A DNA stretch of 64,000 nt from an uncultured Bacilli bacterium. Lineage in GTDB: Bacteria; Bacillota_I; Bacilli_A; RF39; UBA660. The translations under genes were made by a program, and so were the position numbers. The notes under the pieces are model-generated. The model did not search any database and was not told the DNA's origin. It was given only the letters and a program-made list of their open reading frames with translations. The DNA is taken from NCBI GenBank assembly GCA_934131695.1, contig CAKOZV010000001.1, positions 74,060 to 138,059 on the forward strand, written 5' to 3'. Shown one piece after another: positions 47,232 through 56,187 of this stretch. The stretch's first letter is position 1; each line of letters starts with the position of its first letter.

Positions 47232-48076
47232 AAGAGAAGATTAAATTAAAAGCTAAAGAACTCGAAGATAAGTATAATTTAAATTACTATGAATCATTAC
47301 AAAGATTTATGTTTGAAAGAATAATAGAAAGAATATCTGTTTCAGAGTATCAAGATAATTTTATATTAAAAGGTGGATTGTTGCTTGCTGCAATGTTTGG
47401 TATAGAAAACAGAACAACAAAAGATATGGATACTACAATTACTGGTATAGATATTTCAAAAGATAAAATGGTAAATGTTTTAAATGAGATACTATCTATT
47501 AATTTAAATGATGGAGTTAAATTTGATATTGTAGGTATTACTGATATAAGAGAAGAAGATGAATATGGTGGAAATAAATATCATATTACTGGTAAAGTAA
47601 ATAGTACTAAAGTAAATTTGGAAATTGATATATCAACAGGTGATAAAGTAACTCCAAAAGAGTTGAAGTTTAAATATCCTTTGTTATTTGAAGATAGAAG
47701 TATTTTAATTAATAGTTATAATATTGAAACTATACTAGCTGAAAAAATGGAAACTGTTTTAAGACGTGGAAAGTATAATAGTAGAATGAAAGATTATTAT
47801 GATATATATTTCTTTTTAACAAAGTTAAAAAATGAAATTAATGTAAATATATTAAAAGATGCAATTAATAATACTTTTACTAAAAGAGATTCTTTTGAAT
47901 ACTTAAATGATTATCGTGAAATTATTAAATCAATTATTGATAGCGAAAGAATAAAAACTAATTGGAAATCTTATTCGAAGAAGAATAGTTATGCAAAAAA
48001 TTTAGAAGTAGATCACATAATGATTTTACTAAACAATTTTATAAAAGAATTAAATTTAGAATTAGTAACGGTATAG
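47225..48076 (+). CDS. abiEii: AbiEii/AbiGii-family nucleotidyltransferase toxin (DUF1814)
   Basis: 283 aa. FILKGGLLL...TKDMD (NTase G-x-x...D motif region) and the characteristic RMKDYYDIYFF. Confidence 0.75.
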   Translation: MVEEKIKLKAKELEDKYNLNYYESLQRFMFERIIERISVSEYQDNFILKGGLLLAAMFGIENRTTKDMDTTITGIDISKDKMVNVLNEILSINLNDGVKFDIVGITDIREEDEYGGNKYHITGKVNSTKVNLEIDISTGDKVTPKELKFKYPLLFEDRSILINSYNIETILAEKMETVLRRGKYNSRMKDYYDIYFFLTKLKNEINVNILKDAINNTFTKRDSFEYLNDYREIIKSIIDSERIKTNWKSYSKKNSYAKNLEVDHIMILLNNFIKELNLELVTV

Positions 48077-48158
48077 GGATTGGGAGTGTTCCCATAATAT
48101 GCGAAAAGTGCATGTGGGAGGAACTTTTCAATACTTGCTAAGTTAAGAAGGTGAAGTA

Positions 48159-48983
48159 ATGAATGAGCAGTATTTAGACTCTGAAGTAAACGAATACATA
48201 GAAATAAGAAGTGACAAATCTGATTTAGAATCAAAATGGAAAATGGCAATTGGACTACAGCAAGTTGATAATTTAACACCCTCTGAATATATGAAAAATT
48301 TAGTAAAATTAAATATTAAGAATGAAATATCACTAGATGAATTAGAAAACAGACTAAAGAAATACTATGATGATCTAAATGGTAGCTATAATAGAGATGA
48401 GCATGAATGTGATTTCGTATCATTAAGAATTATGCAAATATTACAAAATGATATGTTTTATTTAACGATAGATTTTTATAAATATGTTCATTACTTTTAA
48501 TTTAAAGATGTTTATAAGTTTGCAGGTAAATTTAGAGAAGCTAATATCTCAAAAAATGAAGCAATATTGAATGGTGATACAGTAGTATATTGTGACTATA
48601 GTCGAGTTAAAGATTATCTTATTTATGATTTTTCAGATGAAAGACAGGAAGATTATAAAAAGTTAAGTGTATCAGATAAAATAATAAGTATATCTAATTT
48701 TACTTCTTGTATTTGGCAAGTACATCCTTTTATGGAAGGTAATACTCGGGCAATGGCAGTATTTATAATTAAATATTTAAAAGAAATAGGATATAATATT
48801 AATTATTCTTTGTTTAAAGACAATTCAAAATATTTTAGGAATGCATTAGTTAGAAGTAATTATAGTAATGATATATTAAATATAAAAGAGGATAATAGTT
48901 ATTTAATTAAATTTTATGAGAATTTGTTATTAGGTAAAAATAATAATCTAAAATTAGAAAAATTAAGTATAGGAGGTAATTAA
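48159..48983 (+). pseudogene. Fic/DOC-family gene interrupted by one in-frame TAA (48498-48500)
   Basis: ORFs 48159..48500 and 48567..48983 are in the same frame. Read-through gives ...YVHYF*FKDVYKFAGKFREANISK..., the conserved Fic core. Fic motif variant HPFMEGNTRAMAVF. Confidence 0.75.
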
Positions 48984-48985
48984 AT

Positions 48986-51418
48986 ATGGCAAAAAAGGAA
49001 ATAAGAACAGATCTTTGGGTATATGATTTATTGAAAGAGGCAGAAATTAAAATAGATCCTCAAGGATGTAATATTAAAGAGATTGATGAGGCCTTAAAAA
49101 CAGCTTCAAAAAAAGGAACGGGTAATTCAGGATATCCAGAATATTGTGGTGTTGTAAAAGATTTTGTAATAGTAATTGAGGATAAAGCTTCAATGGATAA
49201 ACAATCAAAATATAATGATAATGGTATTTTAGATATGGAAATCTCTTCAATCAGAGATTATGCTTTAAATGGTGCATATTTTTATGCTAAGCATATATTA
49301 GAAAGGACAAATTATAAAAAAGCTATTGCGTTTGGAATAAGTGGAGATGAAAAACATCATACTATTAAACCAATTTATTTAGATGGAAGAGAATATTTTA
49401 TAGATTTGCCAGAAGTTGAAAGTTTTATTTCTTTTAATGAGATTAATATTGATGAATATTATGTTAGAGAAATTTTAAAAGAAAACACTGAAGAAGAGAA
49501 AACTACTGCTGAAATTTTAAAAGATGCAAAAGAGTTACATGAATATTTAAGAAATTATGGTAATCTTAGTGACAAAGATAAACCATTAGTTGTTAGTGGT
49601 ATTTTACTTGCATTAAAAGAAATAGAATTTAAAAATTTTTCTATTAATGATTTAGTTGGAGATAATGTTAATACAGATGGTTCTAAAATTTATTCTGCTA
49701 TTAATGATAATTTAAAAAGGTCCCAAGTTTCTCCAGAAACCAAAAAAGATAAATTGTTATCTCAATTTGCAATTATTAAGGATACTGTAATACTTAATGA
49801 AGTAAATGAAGTATTAGGGAAAACTCCATTAAAATATTACACTGAGTATTTATATAATAAATTATATAAAACAATTAGATATAATCAGACATCAGAAGAT
49901 TATTTAGGTAGATTTTACGGTGAATTTATGAGTTATTCAGGAGGTGATGGGCAATCATTAGGTATTGTATTAACTCCAAAACATATTTGTAATTTATTTT
50001 GTGATTTAATAGATTTAAAACCAACTGATGTAGTTCTAGATCCATGTTGTGGAACTGCTGGATTTTTGATATCGGCAATGCATGATATGTTAGGAAAAAC
50101 AAAAGATGAGCATAAGAGAATATGTATAAGAAAAAATCAATTACATGGGTATGAATTACAACCATATATGTTTACTATTGCTACAACAAACATGATACTT
50201 CGAGGTGATGGGAAGAGTAATTTAATATGTGATGATTTTCTTGCTCAAGATGCTAATAAATTGCAATTAAAAGGTGCAACTGTAGGAATGATGAATCCAC
50301 CTTATTCAATGGGAAAAGTAAGCCCTGAGAAGTGTGAATTAAGTTTCATTGAGCATTTGCTGGATAGTTTAATTAGTGGTGGTAGAGCGATTGTTATTGT
50401 TCCACAAAGTGCAATGACTGGAAAAAATAAGTATGAGCAAAATATTAAACATAATATTTTAAAACATCATACTTTAGAAGGTGTAATTACACTTAATTTA
50501 AATACATTTTATGGTGTTGGGACAAATCCATGTATAGCAGTTTTTACTGCTGGTATACCTCATAATAAAGATAAAAAATGTAAATTTATAGATTATATTG
50601 ATGATGGTTTTAAGGTATCTCCTCATAGAGGATTAGTTGAAACAGAAAGTGCCAAAGATAAAAAGCAACACTTGCTTGATGTATGGTTTGATAGAATAGA
50701 AACAGATACAAAATTTTGTGTTAAGTCTACTGTAGAGTATGATGATGAATGGCTACATTCTTTCTACTATTTTAACGATGAAGTACCAAATGAAAAGGAT
50801 TTTGAAGAATCCGTATCAGACTATTTATCATTTCAATTTGATATGATTATGAAAAAAAAGAACTATTTATTTGAAAATCAGAGGAATAAATTAAAAGATT
50901 TAAAATATGAAAAAATTACTGACTTATCTTTACAAGAATGGCACGAGGTTAAATTAGATTTATTAATTGACGAAGTAAATCGTGGCTGTGTTGGAAATAT
51001 AGGTAATCTTATTGAAGGTAATTGTCCTATTGTAACAGCATCTGCTTCTAATCAAGGTGTGGCATTTTTTGGTGATATTGCTTATGCATATACTGATGGT
51101 GTTACAATATCTTTAAATGGTGTTGGAACAGGTTATTCTGCTTATCATGATTACCAATTTAATTTGAACTCCGATTGCGGCAAAATTAAGTTTAAAATCA
51201 ATTTAAATAAATATGTTCTTATATTTATATCAGCAGCAATTAATAAAAATCAGAGTAAATTTACCTATGCATATAAAGCAAACGAAACTCGTATAAAACG
51301 ACAAACAATCTTGCTACCTTATAAAAATAATAAAATAGATTATGAATATATGGAAAAATATATCAAAAATGTCATGTATATACAGTATAATAGATATTTA
51401 GATTTTTTAAATAAGTAA
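48986..51418 (+). CDS. Fused nuclease-like / N6-adenine methyltransferase / specificity (TRD) protein (Type IIG-like R-M-S)
   Basis: N-terminus GYPEYCGVVKDFVIVIEDK (PD-ExK-like). Methylase motif I VLDPCCGTAGFL and motif IV NPPY. The C-terminal ~190 aa resemble one HsdS target-recognition domain. Confidence 0.75.
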   Translation: MAKKEIRTDLWVYDLLKEAEIKIDPQGCNIKEIDEALKTASKKGTGNSGYPEYCGVVKDFVIVIEDKASMDKQSKYNDNGILDMEISSIRDYALNGAYFYAKHILERTNYKKAIAFGISGDEKHHTIKPIYLDGREYFIDLPEVESFISFNEINIDEYYVREILKENTEEEKTTAEILKDAKELHEYLRNYGNLSDKDKPLVVSGILLALKEIEFKNFSINDLVGDNVNTDGSKIYSAINDNLKRSQVSPETKKDKLLSQFAIIKDTVILNEVNEVLGKTPLKYYTEYLYNKLYKTIRYNQTSEDYLGRFYGEFMSYSGGDGQSLGIVLTPKHICNLFCDLIDLKPTDVVLDPCCGTAGFLISAMHDMLGKTKDEHKRICIRKNQLHGYELQPYMFTIATTNMILRGDGKSNLICDDFLAQDANKLQLKGATVGMMNPPYSMGKVSPEKCELSFIEHLLDSLISGGRAIVIVPQSAMTGKNKYEQNIKHNILKHHTLEGVITLNLNTFYGVGTNPCIAVFTAGIPHNKDKKCKFIDYIDDGFKVSPHRGLVETESAKDKKQHLLDVWFDRIETDTKFCVKSTVEYDDEWLHSFYYFNDEVPNEKDFEESVSDYLSFQFDMIMKKKNYLFENQRNKLKDLKYEKITDLSLQEWHEVKLDLLIDEVNRGCVGNIGNLIEGNCPIVTASASNQGVAFFGDIAYAYTDGVTISLNGVGTGYSAYHDYQFNLNSDCGKIKFKINLNKYVLIFISAAINKNQSKFTYAYKANETRIKRQTILLPYKNNKIDYEYMEKYIKNVMYIQYNRYLDFLNK

Positions 51419-51437
51419 ATAGAATATGGAGTTTAAA

Positions 51438-54400
51438 ATGGATTTTGATGAAGATAAAATGTATGAATTATTTGATAACATGATTAAAAAATCAAATGAT
51501 TCGGATATGGTTAAAATAGCAATATTAAAAAATGAAATAAAAAATTATAATATTTATGACTTTTTACTTGGAATTTCAGCTCTAAATCTAATACCTGAAA
51601 ATCAATCTAAATCAATAATCTTTAATACTGTTATTAGTGCTGCACTCTCTATTCCCATAACTGATTATAATATGAATAACAAGATAAGTATGGGAAAATT
51701 TAAATCAATAATAAAAAAGTTTGAAAATCTAGATATAAAGAGGAATATAGATCCTCCAGAGTTTCCATTTATTCAGAAAGTTATATTTTATAAAAATTAT
51801 GATTTGTTTATGGGTGTTAATAATGTTTCTAATTTGGATATTCAAAGTTTCTTATATACTTTGAAAAAAAATAATAATAATTTGACTGAACCTAATTTAA
51901 AAAGAATAAATACTTATATTGAAATGCTTTTGAATATTTCAACCAATATTAGCAGCAAATTAAAAATAAAAAGCATGTTAAAATCTGATCATTCTTATGA
52001 TGATGACATTATTTTTCCAAATTCAAATGAATTTAAATTTCTAAAGGAAATTTTGATACAAAATGTAAATGATTACTTACATTTAAAATTAGATAATGAG
52101 TCGTTTGATGGTTTGTTTTTTGAACATTGTGATAGTATTTATAGTGATTATTTTGATTTTGATAATCAATATTATTATTTTCATCCACTATTAAAAATAT
52201 CCAGTGATGAATTTTTTCCTTTAGATATAACAATTTTTCCATTATTATTAATGAATAAAATATGTTCAATTATTTTAAATGATAAAAATGCTCAAATTCT
52301 GGTTAGTGATTACATAAATATTACAAAAAGAGAAATTGTAGAATATTATCATATGATGGGGTGCTATAAAATAAATGCATCTAAACATGACATTCAATTA
52401 TTGGATAATATTAATTATACTGAACAAATTTTTTCAAATGGTAATGATAATGTAATTATAAGCATTAGTCCTATAAATAATGGTGATAAGTATTCAAAAG
52501 ATAAAATAGTTTCTGATTTTAAAATGAAAATTGATGATCAATTTATTTATAATCATTTGAAAGAGGTAATATCTAAACTAAACGATATAGGCACTTCAAA
52601 TGATAAAATTATGATAATAGTAACACCTTTTTCAATGGGAAGAAATTTTATATTTAGAGTTCCTAATGTTGGAATAGAAACTGTTAGTTTACATAAATAT
52701 GAATTAAGAGCAATATCAATTAACGAAACTAATCAAAATATGTTTTTAAAAAGATATCTAATAGCTAAAAATAAAATTCAAGTAATTCCGAGTTTATTTA
52801 GTGAATTAAATTTAATTGGGATGTACACTGAAAAGGATTATTCATTCTATTTCGATGATAATATTGATATGAAAGAAACAAGTCTTCATTATTTTGGAGA
52901 ATATAGTTCTTCTTATATAGAAAAGGCTGATAGAAAAGAAAATAAACATTTAGTTTCATCTTATGATAAGAATTATAATTGTGAAGTTATAAAAAATGAT
53001 GATGATATTTATTTAGTAAGTGACCACTTTAGAGATAAATGCTTAAAAATATGTATAGAAAAAGAAAATAAACTTGTTTGGATAATTACAGATGTTATAG
53101 AGGATGTAAATTCATTAACTTTATATAAAAACCTTATGGATTATATATCGTATTGGTTTAATCTATATTTAGATGGTTTTAATGGTGATTTTAATGTTAC
53201 AATTAAACTAAAATTAAATGGCGAAATAACAAAATATTTTATTTCTCAAAATATAGATGAAATGTCTGATACATTAAAAATTTCTGAAAGTGTTGAAAAT
53301 ATAATTTTTGATTTTTACCCATCTATTATGACTGTCTTAGATTGTGAAGATAATTTAAATGAAAAAAAACTTTATATTTATATAATCAAAGAGTTAGGAC
53401 AAATTTTAAAAATTAATTTATATAATAATGAAATAATTGAAAAAATATTTGCTGATCCAAATAGAAAAAGGTCAGTAACCTTACGTTGTGAAGAATTTGC
53501 GTACTTGAAACCATTCCATGATAATAAGGAAAGATTAATTAATGCTTCAGATGAAAATATAATATTAGATGAAATTGGTCTTTTAGTTAAGAATGAAAAA
53601 AGATTATCATATGGAAAAATTAGTTTGAATGAAAGCAAAAATATTTGTAATTTTATTGTTGATAAATTATATAATGATATTTCTAATACAATTAAAAAGT
53701 TTAATAAAAAACAATTACTTAATGTATTATATTATGAAAGTGAGAGAATATTATCTAATTTAATGATTCAAAAAGAATCTTATATAAATAATATCGCTTG
53801 TTTTCCTCAACATAAAGATGATATAGACAAAAGATTCAATGAGTCAAATAAAAGTTCAATGGCAATTAGATTCTTAATAGAGCTATCTTCTTCTTTTGAA
53901 AAATGTGGAGATAATATAATTGATGAATATGAGTTAGAGTTATTAATGGCTAAAAGTTCGTTATTAATTGAATGGGCATATCGAAGTGATTTATTTAATT
54001 ATAAAATGATGGATACCCCACTAGAAATGTTAAAGTCAAACAGATTAGGATTTAATCACGATGAATATTACTCTATAAATAATTCTTTTGCAACTCTAAG
54101 AGAAGAACAAATGGGATCTGTCGGTCGAGATAAAATGAAAGAACTTTTAAACGGTTTCGTTAGAGAAAAAATGAATGATGAAAAATTCGAAGATATATTT
54201 TTAAAAGAATATGGTTTTAGCACGAATGAATTATTTGTTGTTTTTTGGAAATTAATAGATTTATGTAAAGATGAAATATCAGAAATAAGTATTATAAAAT
54301 TAGTTAATGTACTGCATGGTGATCTTAGTGAAGAAAAAATAAGAAACATAATTGATAAATTTTCATTAAAATCCCGAAAAAATTTTTTAGAAGTAGACAA

Positions 54401-55100
54401 GCCATATTCTAAAGAAGATGTTTACCCTTGGAGATTTAATAGAGAATTATCATTTAATCGTAGACCTTTGATATTAGACGGAGAAAATATAATATGGGGG
54501 AATAGAAACTTAAGCAATTCTGTATTTTTCTTGTTTGATTTAATTAGTAGTGGAAAATTAAAATCTCATAGTTTGGAAATGAAACAATATATTTCAAAGA
54601 TAAATGAAAATAGAGGGAAAAATTTTAATAATATGATATTTAATTATATTTCTAAATTTCCAAATGTTATTGTAGATAAAAATGTAAGTAAAGTTAACAA
54701 AGAAAAAATTGTAGATTTTAACAAGGATACGTTAGGAGATATAGATGTTCTTTGCATTATACCTAAAAATAAGAAAATAATATTAATTGAAACGAAAAAT
54801 TTTAATTCTGTTAAAAATTATTATGAATTATATAATGAATATAAAAACATTTTTATTGATGAAGAAGGATATAAAAGTTTTTTAACAAAACATAAAAATA
54901 GAGCAAAATGGGTAAAAGAGCATATTCACGATGTTATTGTAGAATATAATCTGCCATTAGGAAATTATAATGTTTATTACATGTTTGTTACAAGTGAATA
55001 CTGCTTAGCGAATAAAGTTTTTAATTTGAAAGAAAATATTTATTCTGCTAAAGAGTTAAATTATTCAACTTTAATCAATTTGAGGAAAAATAAATTATAA
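51438..55100 (+). CDS. Large (about 1220 aa) uncharacterised protein with C-terminal PD-(D/E)xK-like nuclease motif
   Basis: GGAG RBS 6 nt before the ATG at 51438 (ORF-track start 51426), only 7-19 nt after the methylase stop. C-terminus GDIDVLCIIPKNKKIILIETKNF. No Walker A or helicase motif seen. Confidence 0.7.
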   Translation: MDFDEDKMYELFDNMIKKSNDSDMVKIAILKNEIKNYNIYDFLLGISALNLIPENQSKSIIFNTVISAALSIPITDYNMNNKISMGKFKSIIKKFENLDIKRNIDPPEFPFIQKVIFYKNYDLFMGVNNVSNLDIQSFLYTLKKNNNNLTEPNLKRINTYIEMLLNISTNISSKLKIKSMLKSDHSYDDDIIFPNSNEFKFLKEILIQNVNDYLHLKLDNESFDGLFFEHCDSIYSDYFDFDNQYYYFHPLLKISSDEFFPLDITIFPLLLMNKICSIILNDKNAQILVSDYINITKREIVEYYHMMGCYKINASKHDIQLLDNINYTEQIFSNGNDNVIISISPINNGDKYSKDKIVSDFKMKIDDQFIYNHLKEVISKLNDIGTSNDKIMIIVTPFSMGRNFIFRVPNVGIETVSLHKYELRAISINETNQNMFLKRYLIAKNKIQVIPSLFSELNLIGMYTEKDYSFYFDDNIDMKETSLHYFGEYSSSYIEKADRKENKHLVSSYDKNYNCEVIKNDDDIYLVSDHFRDKCLKICIEKENKLVWIITDVIEDVNSLTLYKNLMDYISYWFNLYLDGFNGDFNVTIKLKLNGEITKYFISQNIDEMSDTLKISESVENIIFDFYPSIMTVLDCEDNLNEKKLYIYIIKELGQILKINLYNNEIIEKIFADPNRKRSVTLRCEEFAYLKPFHDNKERLINASDENIILDEIGLLVKNEKRLSYGKISLNESKNICNFIVDKLYNDISNTIKKFNKKQLLNVLYYESERILSNLMIQKESYINNIACFPQHKDDIDKRFNESNKSSMAIRFLIELSSSFEKCGDNIIDEYELELLMAKSSLLIEWAYRSDLFNYKMMDTPLEMLKSNRLGFNHDEYYSINNSFATLREEQMGSVGRDKMKELLNGFVREKMNDEKFEDIFLKEYGFSTNELFVVFWKLIDLCKDEISEISIIKLVNVLHGDLSEEKIRNIIDKFSLKSRKNFLEVDKPYSKEDVYPWRFNRELSFNRRPLILDGENIIWGNRNLSNSVFFLFDLISSGKLKSHSLEMKQYISKINENRGKNFNNMIFNYISKFPNVIVDKNVSKVNKEKIVDFNKDTLGDIDVLCIIPKNKKIILIETKNFNSVKNYYELYNEYKNIFIDEEGYKSFLTKHKNRAKWVKEHIHDVIVEYNLPLGNYNVYYMFVTSEYCLANKVFNLKENIYSAKELNYSTLINLRKNKL

Positions 55101-55442
55101 TGTTACTATGTCAATGATGTCAAAGTTTGTCATATAAAAATACTTTAAAAAACTAATTAATAGTATTATAATTATTATAGTTACTTGGGAATGTAACTTC
55201 TGAAACATATAAACATATAGTGTCATTTAGCGTTTAGACACAAGTAATAGGTAAATAACCTATAATTTAAAGTTCATATAGAACTGTACATATTTTTCCA
55301 ACAAACAAGATTGGATAAAATTCCCTTGCTTTTGCTGTGGATTAATATGTCCAGTTCTTTTTATGTGTTCCTAAAAAACACTGGTAAAGAAAGGAGGATA
55401 TAATGGAACTACTAAATTTGATAATCTTATATTGGAAAGATA

Positions 55443-55955
55443 ATGAGAAAAGATATAGAACCTTTTATAAGTTTAGTAATACCAGAAGCAGTATTAGGAG
55501 ATAATAGACTAACATTTTTAGAAAGATTATTGTTAATTGAAATAGTGTCACTATGTAAGAAAAATGAGTAATGTTGGCCTACTAACAGATATTTTATGAA
55601 TAAATTTGATTGCACAAAGCCTACAATATCAAAAAGTATAAGTAGTTTATCAAAATATAACTATATTGATATAGAAATCAATAATAGTGAAAAAAATAAC
55701 TCAAAGAGAATAATTAGGTTATCTGAGGTATTAAAGAAAAGAATAATAAGTATTCAAGAAAATGCTAATGCTAGTACTCAAAATAATTTTAACCATTATA
55801 ATAAATATAAAAATAATAAAAAAGATATATTAAATGATATTTATTCAGTTGATGATAAAGGCAACGAATATTGGCATGGCGTAAAAATTGAATCAGAAAA
55901 AATGACAGATGGAGAAGTAAAAGAATTAGAAGATTTATTAAAAAATTTCAAGTAA
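55443..55955 (+). pseudogene. Phage/plasmid-type HTH (replication-organiser-like) gene interrupted by in-frame TAA (55569-55571)
   Basis: The ATG at 55443 and ORF 55596..55955 share a frame. Read-through gives ...LTFLERLLLIEIVSLCKKNE*CWPTNRYFMNKFDCTKPTISKSISSLSKYNYI, the (G)YCW-ASN-YF...ISR..I..L pattern of such HTH proteins. Confidence 0.6.
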
Positions 55956-56187
55956 TAAAGGAGGATTGAATAAATAATATGTATAAACAAGTCATAAATT
56001 TAAATGAGGTGGCTTATGTTTAATATAACTGAAACTTTTAAAAATGATTCTCCTAATTTCAAAGAACTGGTATCTAAATATATAAAAAGTGTGATTAATA
56101 ATGCTTGACATCATAGATGTACTTGAATTAATGTGTTATACTTTAAGTGGCTTTAATTTGTTATACAAAATGGAAGGAGAGTAAAAA

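Noticed and set aside
48077-48158. Locally GC-richer spacer (GGGATTGGGAGTGTTCCC...GTGGGAGGAAC) between abiEii and the Fic gene as a possible small RNA or att remnant
   Set aside because: It has only a weak 4-5-bp stem and no repeat partner elsewhere in the window. Evidence is insufficient.
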